The notes below the pieces were generated by a model, which did no database searches, had not been told where the DNA came from, and saw only the letters and a list, made by a program, of their open reading frames with translations. From assembly GCA_951406725.2 (NCBI GenBank), contig OX597823.1:86180001-86244000 (forward strand): 64,000 bases of DNA. The letters run 5' to 3'. Made by a program: the position numbers and the translations under genes. The stretch comes from Octopus vulgaris. Taxonomy: Eukaryota. Below are positions 26,919 to 41,973 of the stretch, in pieces. The number at the start of each line of letters is the position of its first letter. Positions within the stretch are counted from its first letter, which is position 1.

Positions 26919-27929
26919 AGGGATAAAGGTGTTCTCAGAACGGGTACCATACTTCGAAAATTTCGAACAAATCAAACTTCGCTAATGTTGTCCAAGTCTG
27001 ACAGAATGATTCTAAAACCTAAAAATGAAATGATGTACAAAATCTGACCGGCTCCCACACAGCAACCGACTCCAGATTTTCATTCATGGAGTTTGTATTG
27101 ACCCAAAGCGGTGTATAATTCCTTCTTTCTCAAGATGCTCTTCAGCTGAATCGATTCCGTAGGCACTTGCGTATAGAGTGAACCGTTTATACATACCTTC
27201 TATTTATCATTATATTTACGATAAACGCAAAAGAAAGAGATTTTTTGTTCTGTTATTCTTATGTACATTTCAGTTTTTCTTTAAATCAGTTAAATTCCCA
27301 TTGAATTACCATAATAATGCACTGCACAATTAGAGATTTCTTTGGCGGAAGATACTCTTTTGACTTTGTTTTGCTAATATTACTGACAATACGTTTCATG
27401 TTTGCGAGGTGAATAGTAAGTTATGTTAATATATACAGTGGTTGTTCATTTGGCGTTTCATACAGACTTTTTTCTTGTAGTTTATGCACAGGTCAGTCGT
27501 CGACAAGCTGACCTGCGATCAAAGACATTCCAACAATAATCAATTTTGCATTTTAGTCTGACATTATTATATAATGTATCCTTCATTTCTTTAAAAGATT
27601 ACATAGTATGTTTTAAGAACCCGAAGGCAGGTAGTAGAAGGGAGGAAGGTTTTCTCAGAACGTGTATCAGGCCCCGAATGATTACAACAGTAGAGAACAG
27701 AACGAACGGATAAGAGCTCCTTTAGGGCTACTATTGTATGTATAAGCAGACATCATGTCCTGTATTAACCATTAATGCCGTTGCTTAATCCGCAGAATAT
27801 TCGCCTTCATGAATTATCTCCCTGCTAACTCGATTAAAGTTGATTGGACGAAATAGTAATCTTGGGAAAGGGCGGAGAGCGAGTTAGTATGTGTGTTATG
27901 CATGTATGTACGAGTGGGGCATGTATATG

Positions 27930-28160
27930 TGAGGGAACGTGGCCTAATGGTTAGGGCATTGCACTCACGCTCGCGAAATAGTTGTTTCGATTCCCAGACT
28001 GGCTGAAGCATTGTGTTCTTGGGCAAGTCTTCATCTCGCGTTGCTCTGCAATGACTTCGACATCTGACGTGTGCCGTATCATGTACCTTTTCAGGCAATT
28101 TCGTTTTGAAGAAGTGAATAAGTTAATGAGCAGCACAAACATTTGATCACTTTAGACGAA
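27930..28160 (+). mobile_element. tRNA-derived SINE (C-related head)
   Basis: gtggcctaatggttaggg (A box), gtttcgattccc (B box), cttgggcaagt core. Confidence 0.65.
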
Positions 28161-29339
28161 TCATCGTGCGTTTATTACTTACCAATGCAAGGAAACCTCA
28201 AGTTTATCTTATTTGACTACAGCGTATTTGCCTCATAAAGAGCAACGTAAAGGAATTTGTTGCGGTCCGCCCCGGCGGGGGGGGGGACACTTTTAGAAGG
28301 GCAACACTTTTGACTCTGTCTGAGCAATGTCTTAATCAGTTTCCATCTCTGTGAAACACATCCTCATTCGCTGTGACCATCCAGTATGTGACCGACCAAC
28401 GCGAGCTGTCACACCAGCCGGATCACCAGAGAAAAGAACATAGTACGCAGGATTGGACTAGGGAAAATCAAACAACATGACCAAACATTTATGTTTATGT
28501 TTGGTCAAATTACAATTGCTCTGGGAAATTACAAAGACTATTAGAAGACAAACGTCTACATTAGATAAAGAATGTAACTCGTATTTTGTATAAGCAAAAC
28601 GTGAATGAAATCAAAAGTACGGACACCTAGGTGATATACTCTTTTACTCTATTTTACACTCAGAAAAGAATTTTGTTTGGAATAAATAGTAAAGCGGTAA
28701 TTGCAAAAATGTAATTACAATAAGGCGCAGATTGAAGCCCTACATTTTTCTCTTCACGTTTGTATTCTGTGTCGCAAGACGTGTTGGATACATTCGTTTG
28801 CATTGTTTGTTTCTGCTCTTTGCGTTATTAGTTCGAATACTAAAGTGGTTGACTTTGCATTTCAACCTTTTAGACTCGATCAAGTCCAGTCCTGCATAAG
28901 GGGCGATTCTTTTATCCCCACTCCACATCTCTCTTGGACCAGTGTTTCTCTTTCCAGTAGAAATACAACGTGCTAAAATCTTGAGAAGGATGGGGTCCAC
29001 CATGTCCAAAAATGCCAAAGCTACATTCTGTACTACAACGCCACTTTTACGATTTCATCAAGAGTTGAGCTAGATGCATTCTTAGTTTGCACATAATGTA
29101 TATCATCTTTATTCATTGCCATCATCCTGATGGAGACAGACAGAGGTAGAGAGAGAGAGAGAGGGAGAGAGGGGGGAGAGAAACAGGAGAGAGACAGAGG
29201 TAGAGAGAGAAAGACAGCGAGATAGGGAAACAGACAGAGACAGAGGGAGAGAGAGAGAGAGAAGCAGAGAGTGGGAGATAAAGAGACAGACACAGAGAGA
29301 CAAACAGACACAGAAGAGAGAGAGAGAGAGAGAGAGAGA

Positions 29340-29470
29340 ATAGGGGAAATCAACTTCAGCGTTACGACTTTATAGGATGAAAGACAAAGTTGACTACAGC
29401 AAGATTTGAACCCAGGACGCAAAAAAGACAGTGCAAATACATTAGGACATTTGTCCGATGATTCTGCTAA
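29340..29470 (-). mobile_element. SINE family B, degraded
   Basis: aggatgaaagacaaagttgact...gatttgaacccaggacg. Confidence 0.55.
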
Positions 29471-29639
29471 CAGAAAACTGTAAATGGGAACCATTAATAA
29501 CCTTTATTAACGTAGATACACTTATGGGGCATTCTGTAACGTCTCCTCTAAATCTAATGATAAATTTTGATGAGACGAGGTGAATTAATTTGGGATACCT
29601 ATAAGTAAAGTCGCATTTCATGTGTTCAAATCAGAATAA

Positions 29640-30220
29640 GACATATCGTAAATGCATTTATTCATTCAATATATAGTTGCCATTGTTAGAAATAGCATTT
29701 TCCCACCTCAAAACCAGTTTTCTGATTTCTCGGGCAAAAAAAATCTGTTTCTTTAGCAGAGAAAAATCTTTGGAGAGTTGTTTCGACATCGTCACTGCTA
29801 TTAAATGTCTTTTTTTTCTTTCCATTAGTATAGTGATCGAGTGACCCGAATAAGTGAAAATCTTATGGTGCACAGTATGATAAGCAGGAAGGATGAGGTA
29901 GAGCTTCCCATCTTAACGAATTTATCTTTTCTTGAATTATATTTTGTTGAATGCATTCTCGGTAAACAGCTGACAAGTTGCCCACTTACTTTCTCTATGC
30001 TTTTTTACGATCAGCTTGCGATGTACGTTGCTCAGTGAATCAAGGTTTAATAAACCACCAGAGTAAGTCACCGATACTTTGACGCAGGTCCTCTTCAACT
30101 GTTCATTTCCCTACGTCAGTTATTGAGAGCATTTGGCCTTCCTGATCGATACCCATCCAAAAGATCGAAATCACCTTATTCGTATATGTTAAATCACCTT
30201 TGACATTTCTAAATACGAAT
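29640..30220 (-). mobile_element. mariner transposase remnant with internal deletions
   Basis: DGYRSGRP (HTH linker) and C-terminal FFAREIRKLVLRWENAISNNGNYI. Confidence 0.75.
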
Positions 30221-30284
30221 GACTTCAGGGTTTACAGTACATATGGTTTCCCTTACATGTATGCATTCTAACTCTTAAAACATT

Positions 30285-30690
30285 CGTGGCTGTGTGGTAA
30301 GTAGCTTGCTTACGAACCACATGATACCGGGTTCAGTCCCACTGCGTGGCACCTTTGATAAGTGTCTTCTACTATAGCCTCGGGTCGACCAAAACCTTGT
30401 GAGTGGATTTGGTAGACGGAAACTACCAAAGATAGAAGCCCGTCGTATATATGTATATGTGTATATGTGTATGTGTGTGTATATGTTTGTGTGTCTGTGT
30501 TAGTCTCCCCAACATCGCTTGACAACCGATGCCGGTGTGTTTACGTCCCCGTAACATAGTGTTTCTGTAAAAGAGACCGATAGAATAAGTACTAGGCTTA
30601 CAAAGAATAAGTCCTGGGGGGTCGATTCGCTCGACTAAAGTCGGTGCTCAAGCCTGGCCACAGTCAAATGACTGAAACAAGTAAAAGGTA
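30285..30690 (+). mobile_element. SINE family A, full length
   Basis: Close match to 38538-38955. Confidence 0.85.
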
Positions 30691-31439
30691 ATAGAAAAAG
30701 TATGCAAACCCGAAAATATAATTAACTAAAGTTCTTGTCCTCCATGGACTATCCAACGGGATTATATGCACAAAGCTCGTATCGCTTGATCATTAACGCT
30801 ATGCAAATTGGCTGAATGCAGGGATACCTTTTACCGGCTTGTAAACTATTTGTGGAATGACGTCAGATAATTAACATCAAAACGCGATATTGCTTTTCAG
30901 AGTCCTTAATATATACTCCCTCAGACTGCTAGAAATACCAAAGAAACATCCCTCTGTTGCATTATACTGCCTCCAGAATTGGAAGGAAGTTTTATAACGT
31001 AAGGTGAGGAGTACATTGTATAATATAGTAATATAGTCCATGTAAGGAAATATCTAAACCCCCACCAAAAGAAAAAAAAAAGTGTGAGGTCACGGTTGGA
31101 GTGCCTTTGATTATAGATCTGCTCAATCAGGACTGGCCTGAAGCTAAACAACATAACAAGAAGTTATGATGTTCTAATCTTGTGAGAAATAATACGGACA
31201 GGCTTGTAAATTCGGCCACAGCTGGACAACGGACAGCTTACTGAGATAATGATATAGTTTGATAGACGAGGAGTGGGTAATAAGAACAGGACGAAGCTTT
31301 TGAAGCGATGCATTCGTGACTGAAACCATCTACCTGCAAGTCAAAATCGTGATCCCTAGTAAGAGAGAAATTCTTTTTTTTAAAAAAAAGAAGAAAAGCA
31401 CGGCAAAGCATTGCTGGCCTTCCCATCCGTTTATAATTT

Positions 31440-31962
<523 letters not shown>

Positions 31963-32258
31963 AAGGAAAAGAATGTAGGAATGTTATAAATATATATTTG
32001 CCTGTATTATTCACATTTTCTCTACCACCATTAATAGGTCAATTCCAAGACATAAACATGTACGCATACGCATACAAGCAGACACACACGCATACACTCA
32101 CACACACTGACGTACATGCATCATCCAGTATAGCCATAATAAAATGGCTGAAGCCATACAAAAATATTTCTCATTCTAGGCCTCTCACTGTCCGTGTATG
32201 TTTGTGTGTCTCTCTCTCTTTCTTTTCTCTCTCTATATATGTATGTATATGCATATGC

Positions 32259-32295
<37 letters not shown>

Positions 32296-33696
32296 AATGT
32301 GTGTGTGTGTGTGAGTGTGTATGTATATGTATATATATACACACCTACATTTATATCTCTATGACTCTTCATACATCGATCTATCTATCTATTTATATAT
32401 GCATGTATATACATGTGTAGATATATCTGCATATTCATTCTATGTGTCCAGGTAGAGCCACCGCCTGGATGTATGTATATTGGTATGTATGTATGTGTGT
32501 GTGTGTGTGTTTTATATTGCAGCAATGAGTATGTCTCACACTTTAGTATGAAGTACAGAGAAAAAGTTATGAATTCGAAGTGTTTTAATCAAATCTATAT
32601 TTGCTAAATAACTGGCTTGCCCACTTTCCTGCTGGCTATGCCTGTTATACTTATTAATTATTTTGCTTTACACATTTCTTGCTCTTTGTTTATACTCACA
32701 CACAACCACTCACACACGCACACACACATACGCAAACACATATATTCTGTAAATAATAATAATAGTAACTTTAAAACTTATAAACGTCAACTGTGTATTG
32801 GGTAAAGAAGATTGTCTAATATTGGGGCATATGGGATGTATGTATATATAATGGTAACTGCACATAGAGACGGTGGAAAATTCCTTTATTTCAATTTTTG
32901 TGAATATTTCAGTACCTAAGGTATCATGCCGACGAATGTCAACAATTATTCAGCTAGAACTAAATAGTTGTAATAACACTTCATCGTTATAATTGGCTGT
33001 CAGTTCTAGAATACAAATATTATATATATATAACGACATAATGAAAGAAAGATAAGAAGGAACTGACATGGTTTTTAATTTATCTAAGCGAGGTGTATTA
33101 TCATTCCGAGTGAACAAAGCACACGGATTAAACAGGCAGTTTGTGATACGACTTTACGTTTCTATGTTGTAAACAAATGGGAAGAATAGAATTAAATATA
33201 TCTCATGAAAAATTATTATAGTATAATTTTATACACATAGATACATACATGGACACAAACATACATAAATACATATATATGTACATATAAATATATGTAT
33301 ATCTATATAGATACAAATACACATATGCATATGTATATATAATTATATATAAGCTTGTATGTATATTTGCTTCAATTATCCTTTTATGGTATCAGTAAAA
33401 TAAGTCTATAGAATACAGTAAAGTCCATTGACAACGCTATGCAGCCATCTGTTCCTAAACAGTAGATGAACGAGAAGCCTTCCATACATACACACCTCAT
33501 CGTTAAAATTACATGTGACAGTGATCAATGAAGCTGTATTTTGATCAGATGAGTTAGTAATCATAAAAGAAAGAAATAAGATGCAGTGTTTGAGATGTTT
33601 ATTCGAGCTAAACTCTATTACGTATCTTTCCTGTGCGTTCTTTTTTTTTTGTCGAATCTGAAGTCTATTGATTCGGAGTTTGTTTGCATGAGCATG

Positions 33697-33728
<32 letters not shown>

Positions 33729-33780
33729 TGTATGTATGTATGTATGTGTGTATGTATGTAGGTGTAATTATACGTATATG

Positions 33781-33822
<42 letters not shown>

Positions 33823-33941
33823 GTGAGAGAGAGAGAGAGAAAGATAGATAGATAAATAGATAGATAGATAGATATAGATGTAGATAGAGAGACGGAAAGA
33901 CAGATATATAAGATAGATAGATGGATACATACATACAGACG

Positions 33942-33988
<47 letters not shown>

Positions 33989-34417
33989 AAATAGAGAGAG
34001 AGAGAGAGAGAGAAACATACAGACAGATAGATAGATAAATAGGAACGTGTATGTGTGTGTTTCTATAAGTGTGTCTGTCTATATATATATATGATCATGT
34101 CTACGTCTGCATGTGTCAGTTTGTATGTTTTTCTGTGTACGCATCTTTGTATGCCTAAATGTGCCTCCATTTGTTTGCTTACGTGTGCCTACTTTGTATG
34201 CCTACATACGCCTCCATTTGTATGTATGTGGGTAAGTGTATACCGTTGTATTTCTTGCCCTGCTTGGGCGATTGTGTAACTTAGTTTGTTGTCTTCATGT
34301 ATTGGCAGGTATGTACTTGTATATCTATAACACTGTGTGTGTGTGTGTGTGTGTGTGTTTGTCTATATGTGTGCACGAATATGCTGTATGTATCCTTATG
34401 TTAATCCGCTAGTGGCG

Positions 34418-34690
34418 GATGGTGGTGGTGGTGGTTGTCTTTGTGGTATTGACGGTGGTAAAGCTGAAGACAATGATGATTCTGATGAAGATGATGACGA
34501 CGGAGATGATGATGATGAGGAGGAGGAGGAGGATGGTTGTGGTAGTGATGATGATGATGATGATGACAATGAGGATGCTGGTTGTAATTATGATGGTGGT
34601 GGTGGTTATGGTGATGATGATGACGACGACGAGGACGACGACCACGATGATGGTGCTGATGACGGTAATGATGATGATGATGATGTTGAA
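34418..34690. repeat. Degenerate (GAT)n/(GGT)n/(GAG)n tract
   Basis: Direct inspection. Confidence 0.9.
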
Positions 34691-34939
34691 AATATGTCTG
34701 TGTATAATATGCACCTTACTGCATATGCAAGCATGTGCATGTATTTAGCAAGCTATTGCGGATATTCCTCTGTGTATGTGTGTGTATGTCTCTGTGTGTG
34801 TGTGTGTGTGTGTGTGCATGTACCTTTTTTCTACGTATCTCTAATGTGTGTTTGTGTTCTTTTATATATGTCTGAATTCGTACATGTATGTGTGTACGTA
34901 CGCATCAATACGTCTGCGGTTGTGTTTGTACCTGTATGA

Positions 34940-34980
<41 letters not shown>

Positions 34981-35109
34981 TGTGAATATATGTGTGTTCC
35001 TTTGTGGGTGTGTAAGTGTAACTGCGTGTGTGTGTGTATGTGGGGTGGGTGTATATGTTTTTCTGTGTTTTTCCCCTTTTGCAAGTCTTCGTCTCGTTTT
35101 CATCTCTCA

Positions 35110-35775
<666 letters not shown>

Positions 35776-36094
35776 AGTGTCCAGTTATATTTCCTTTCTT
35801 TAAATCCATTGATATTCGTTTTATTTCTATCATCATTAATTTAAATACTTTCATCTTTTCTTCATTTGGTTTTTTTCCATGTTAAGTATACTTTAAAACG
35901 AGCTTCATTTAATTTTATTTTATCTTATTTTATTTTATTTTATTCTATTTTGAAACAACATCGTTGCTTATTTATATATTTATTTATTTATTTATTTATT
36001 TATTCATTCATTCGTGGAAATTAATTTCTTCAGTACAAGAAGATTATTAAGAAAGAAAATTGCAGAAATTTCATAAGGAAAAAACAAAATTTTT

Positions 36095-36185
<91 letters not shown>

Positions 36186-36461
36186 ACACACACACACTCA
36201 CACATCGAGGAGTGAATAAAATTAGCATCTCCTAACAACGCTTACCTCTTTCTTTATAACACCAATGCATCATCTTCCTTCTCCTTCTCTGTCCGTCTAT
36301 CTTTCTCTCTCTCTCCTTCTTTTTACAAATGTGTGCGTGGTGAATGTATGTGTTCCTATCACACGTGTACATATATATATATATAATAATATATACATAC
36401 AGACACATATATATGTATAAGCACAAACATATATTTATATATATATATACATATACACACT

Positions 36462-36493
<32 letters not shown>

Positions 36494-37124
36494 TATACAT
36501 ACATATAGATGCGCATATACATGCAGTTATGTGTCCATATCACGGTTCTACTTGCCCCTGTCTTCTTTTCCTTCAATCCATTATGCATCACACTCTCCCC
36601 AATTATCTCCCTTAACCTCCCAACACAGCAGCCATTTTTCTTCCTCGTTCCTCATTCTTATTTTTCCTTTGATTTCGCCTTCCATATCATTTTATTATAT
36701 TATCTTTTGCTGCCATTCTTCTTAGTCTCTTCTTATTATTCTTCTCATCTTCCTCTGTATTCCGATATTTCTCACTTGTAATCATACCACCCACATCATT
36801 GCCGACTTCAAACCTAGACCCATTGCCTTCCATTCAACTAATACACTACACTAAATGAATACAAATTAAAGAGTTTGTATCGAAACGAAAAAAAGACCAA
36901 ATCTCCTGTTATAGTGTATTTCAGCTTCTTTTTTATTCTTATTCTACAACATCGTATTTTCTTTTGTTATTAAGTTCCAGTTCAGATTATGCTGAATTCT
37001 TTTCCTGTATATTTTTCTGATTGTAACAAACACTCAATTTTCACTGAAGGAAAATTGCTTGTTTAATTAATTTAGTTTCAACTACGTGGCTGTTATAATT
37101 TGTTCTTTATCAGTTCGAGACGTA

Positions 37125-37435
37125 TCTCTAGCGCAACGGGTAAAATACATAGCGGCATTTCTCCCTGCTCTTCACGTTCTGGGTTCAAAATCCACCGCGT
37201 CAACTTTGTCTTTCATAAAGACGGTGAGCTGGAAGAATCGTTAGCAAACCGGACAAATTACCTTGTGGCAATTCGTCCGTCACGTTCTCAGTTCAAAATT
37301 TGGCGAGATGGAATTTGTCTTTTATGCTTTCGGAGTCGATAAAATAAGTTCCAGTATAACACTGGGGTCGATGTAATCGACTCAGCCCCTCCCCACAAAA
37401 TTTCAGGCATTGTGCCATTAGTGGAAAGGGTCAAT
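37125..37435 (+). mobile_element. SINE family B, dimeric and diverged
   Basis: Two acgttct..gttcaaaat modules, then ctggggtcgatgtaatcgact. Confidence 0.7.
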
Positions 37436-37612
37436 ACTATTTCTGTTATTTCTGAAAGAGCTTCCAGTGTCCATTCCACAATCACAAATAACATCATATG
37501 AAATAGTAAGAAAAGAAAATAATGTTTAGATATATGTATGTATTTAGACATACATACATACATAAATACATACATACATACATATATACATACATATATG
37601 TATGTGTGTATG

Positions 37613-37644
<32 letters not shown>

Positions 37645-37807
37645 CACACATACATATATACATGCATACATACTTACACATATACATACATATATGCATA
37701 CATACATACACATATACATACATATATATACATATATATACATGTATATATATATGTGTGTATGTGTGTCTGTGCGTGTATGTATTTATGTGTGTATGTC
37801 CTTCTGC

Positions 37808-38005
37808 CTGTGTTTGTCCCCCCAAACCGCTTTACAGCCGGTATTGATGTGTTTACGTCCCTCTACTTACCAGTTCGGCAAACTAGAACGATAGAATGAG
37901 TGCTTGGCTTAAAAAGTAAGACTTGAAGTCGATTGTTTCAACCCTTCCAGGCAGGGACCCAGAATGGCCGCAGTCAAATGACTGAAACAAATAAAATGTA
38001 AAAGA
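37808..38005 (+). mobile_element. SINE family A, 3' half
   Basis: gtgtttacgtccc...ggccgcagtcaaatgactgaaacaa. Confidence 0.75.
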
Positions 38006-38537
38006 TTAAAACTGTAGACAAAATGGCGATCTTGAGGCGAATCGTGACAGGAAGTTGCGACAATATCCGGTTTTCACTCTCTTCCCAACAAAAATGTCCA
38101 TAGATAAAGGCGAACTAATGAAGGAGACTTCATTTGGTGATGTTATCTTCTCCAAAATTCCAGCCAATTCTAGGTCTAGAATGAATGGTTTGCAGAAAAT
38201 TGATTACTCCCTGTTTTATATATTAGAAAGTAATTTTATTGTGAGACAGCTTAAATATTTTAAAAGGACCAGAAAACCCTATTGAGCTTTATATTATTTT
38301 CTTGATCATCCGTTGTATTGACGGATCCAATTTCACTTGGAACATCTAAAGATGTTGTTCTAAGTAGTTACCCGCTGAAATGTTGGTAAGGAACAAATTT
38401 TATGATGTTATATAAATAAATATCTCTCAATAATTAACTATTTACTTTCATACGTAGTTAATTTTGTGTTTGACATTAAATTAAATTTTGGTTAAGGGAG
38501 GTTGATCATCTATTAAGTCACACCCATGGTTTTATTA

Positions 38538-38955
38538 GGAGTGGCTGTGTGGTAAGTAGCTTCCTAACCAACCACATGGCTCCGGGTTCAGTCCCACTGC
38601 GTGGCACCTTGGGCAAGTGTCTTCTGCTATAGCCCCGGGCCGACCAATGCTTTGTGAGTGGATTTGGTAGACGGAAACTGAAAGAAGCCTGTCGTATATA
38701 TGTATATATATATATATATGTGTGTGTGTATGTGTGTGTGTATGTGTGTTTGTCCCCCTAGCATTACTTGACAACCGATGCTGGTGTGTTTACGTCCCCG
38801 TCACTTAGCGGTTCGGCAAAAGAGACCGATATAATAAGTACTGGGCTTACAAAGAATAAGTCCCGGGGTCGATTTGCTCGACTAAAGGCGGTGCTCCAGC
38901 ATGGCCGCAGTCAAATGACTGAAACAAGTAAAAGGTAAAAGATAAAAGATAAAGT
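38538..38955 (+). mobile_element. SINE family A, full length and young
   Basis: Complete head, core, microsatellite spacer and taaaag-repeat tail. Confidence 0.88.
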
Positions 38956-39378
38956 ACATTGAATAATATGCCCCCGGGTAGACTATTCCTGCTGCAAATA
39001 TTGAAAAGAATATTTATACAGACGTAGAAAACTTCGCTATCCCTAATGGTAACAGCTGTTTCATTACTTACTCCGATTTACATCGTAAACTTTAATACGT
39101 AGCTACATACAATGTAATTACGCTGAACATATAAGTTATATACGTTCATGCATGCATGCACATGAACACAGACAACCTTATACAGTACGTTTGCACATCT
39201 CAGCTGGTGTTTATCGTGTGCTCCGCTTAATTTAGTGAATACAATCTCCCAATATATTTTATTTATATCTATACATACATATACACATATATACGACAAA
39301 ACTCCGGCTCCAACCTTGCTACACCGGCTTCAAATCCGGGTAGCCCCCCCACCCCCGTAATGCAGAATAGTGAAAATT

Positions 39379-39439
<61 letters not shown>

Positions 39440-39508
39440 AATAGATAGATAGGTAGACAGCTAGATAGATAGACAGAGAAAGAGAGAGAGAGACAGACAA
39501 ACAGATAG

Positions 39509-39559
<51 letters not shown>

Positions 39560-39574
39560 AACAAATAGATATGT

Positions 39575-39700
39575 AGATTTCTTTATTGGCCACGCAGGGC
39601 TAAACACAGATGTGACAAAATACAAAGTAGAGTTTTTCTTTTTTGAGAAGAAGAGGAGGAAAAAAGTGTCGAATTGCGATTAAAAGGGATCGTGGAAAAA
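39575..39700 (-). mobile_element. 3' UTR fragment of the L1/Tx1-like LINE
   Basis: Matches 41974-42097. Confidence 0.7.
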
Positions 39701-39703
39701 TAA

Positions 39704-39738
<35 letters not shown>

Positions 39739-39739
39739 A

Positions 39740-39775
<36 letters not shown>

Positions 39776-39785
39776 ATAAATAGAT

Positions 39786-39835
<50 letters not shown>

Positions 39836-39841
<6 letters not shown>

Positions 39842-40358
39842 TTAGAGATAAAACCACTATTAGGCAAATCATACAATGAAAAACTCAAGCCAATACATAA
39901 GATTATTTTAAATATATATCAAAATTATTAAAAAAGATAATTAGTATAACACTACGATCGTTTCATGGCTGTCCAATTCTTAAAATTTCGGGTTACAGTC
40001 ATTCTTCAGGTGATTTAAATATTTAACTTAGCGAGGTTTAATCAATGAACTCATTGATTAAACCTCGCTAAGTTAAATATTTAAATCACCTGAAGAATGA
40101 CTGTAACCCGAAATTTTAAGAATTGGACAGCCATGAAACGATCGTAGTGTTATACTAATTATCTTTTTTAATAATTTTGATATATATTTAAAATAATATA
40201 AATTAATTAATCTTATGTATTGGCTTGAGATTTTCATTGTATGATTTGCCTAATAGTGGTTTTATCTCTAATTTAATATAATATAATATTTTACTATAAA
40301 ATTGGATTCAATCCTAAATCTGATTTTTCCCTGTCAGTTTGGATTTATTCCCTAATAT
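39836..40358. mobile_element. Fold-back (palindromic) hammerhead element in (TA)n
   Basis: Arms 39836-40048 and 40051-about 40278 with a 2-nt spacer (ac); the right arm extends to 40358. Confidence 0.85.
40085..40150 (+). ncRNA. Type I hammerhead ribozyme (mirror copy on minus strand at about 39950-40012)
   Basis: cac CUGAAGA AUGACUGU-loop-ACAGCCAU GAAACG AU CGUA gug; palindromic helix III, GUA site. Confidence 0.8.
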
Positions 40359-40385
40359 TTTATATATATATATATATAGAGAGAG

Positions 40386-40457
<72 letters not shown>

Positions 40458-40650
40458 TCAGGTCACAGATGATTATGGTCCAACTATAAATTCTAAAAAC
40501 ATACATCGCTTTAATTCTGGTGTCTCTCTGTTTGCGCAGTGAAGTGTCGATTTTCTGTTGAAATATTTGTAAACTTATTTGACGAAAATTTCAAATCTGA
40601 AGAAAAATGAATCTGCTCTGATGAAACACAAAATCATGCTAAATTACATG

Positions 40651-40708
<58 letters not shown>

Positions 40709-41177
40709 GCACACACACACACACACAGCACACACGCACACAAATACACACTCATTCACTCACTTACTCACTCGCACACACACAATCACTCACACACTCA
40801 CTCGTACACACACACACTCACTCACACACACACACACATTCTCATTCACTCACTCCCTCATACTCACTCTCTCACTCACTCGTACACACACAATCACTCA
40901 CTCACACACTCACTCGTACATATACACACACGCGCGCGCGCGCACACACCGTCGCACACGTAGACAGTCAAACAAGAAGAACACAGACGGGCACGATCAC
41001 GTCATATGCGTTTATGACGCAACAGTTAAAAGTGCAAACATTATACGCTTCAGTTCTGATGTCTTTGAAGAAAAGAAATTTCAAATCTGCAAAAGGAAAA
41101 AAAATATCTACATTCAACCTAACAGTGGTGCACAGATGGACACACGTGCGCGCGGGAATACATACAAACATACATAC

Positions 41178-41228
<51 letters not shown>

Positions 41229-41320
41229 ATGACACACACATTCCCACACTCATCACTCACACACATCACATCACACATTACACACCCACACATTAAACCA
41301 ATGGTTCCCCAAATGTTTTT

Positions 41321-41553
41321 TATTTCTTTACTGCCCACAAGTGGCTACACACAGAGGGGATAAACAAGGACAGACAAACGGATTAAGTCTTTTATATCGA
41401 CTCCAGTGCATAACTGGTACTTATTTAATCGACTCCGAAAGGATGAAAGGCAAAGTCGACGTCGGCGGAATTTGAACTCAGAACGTAGCGGCAGACGAAA
41501 TACTGCTAAGCATTTCGCTTGACGTGCTAACGTTTCTGCAAGCTCACCGCCTT
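41321..41553 (-). mobile_element. SINE family B, full length, nested in the hAT end
   Basis: Reverse complement of 49904-50133; possible TSD tgttt(t/c)tta. Confidence 0.85.
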
Positions 41554-41973
41554 GTTTCTTAACCCACGGCGCAACTTACAAGAAATCAAAATAGTTTGGC
41601 GTACTTCGTACATAAAATTTTAAAATCTGTTGAAGAGGTGTTTCATACATATTAACATAGTATAAACGATAAAACAATAAATAGATAATCAAAAACACAA
41701 AAAAATTGCATGTATTTACTTTTTGTTGAATATATGAAGCAAAGTTGTCAATGTGAAACACGCTCTTGATATTTTTTGGAAACATTTTCAACATTGGGAC
41801 GTATCTGAGAAAGGCAAACCCTCATTTCTTCTTCGATGCAACGGAGCCTCTCTCTTATTATGGATTTGATGTTACTGAGGGTTGAAAATCCCAATTCACA
41901 TTAATACGAACTGGAAAACTGCAACAAAACGGATAAAGGAGTTTTTCGCTACTGAGGGGTATTCTCCTATATT

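Noticed and set aside
34337-34939. 200-aa Asp/Gly-rich ORF resembling an acidic matrix protein
   Set aside because: Built from (TG)n and (GAT)n tracts that recur as non-coding repeats elsewhere in the window; no splice or domain support
40597-40630. Isolated CTGAAGA/CTGATGA heptamers (also 21450, 34464, 34482, 44957)
   Set aside because: No supporting helices or correctly placed GAAA and NUH
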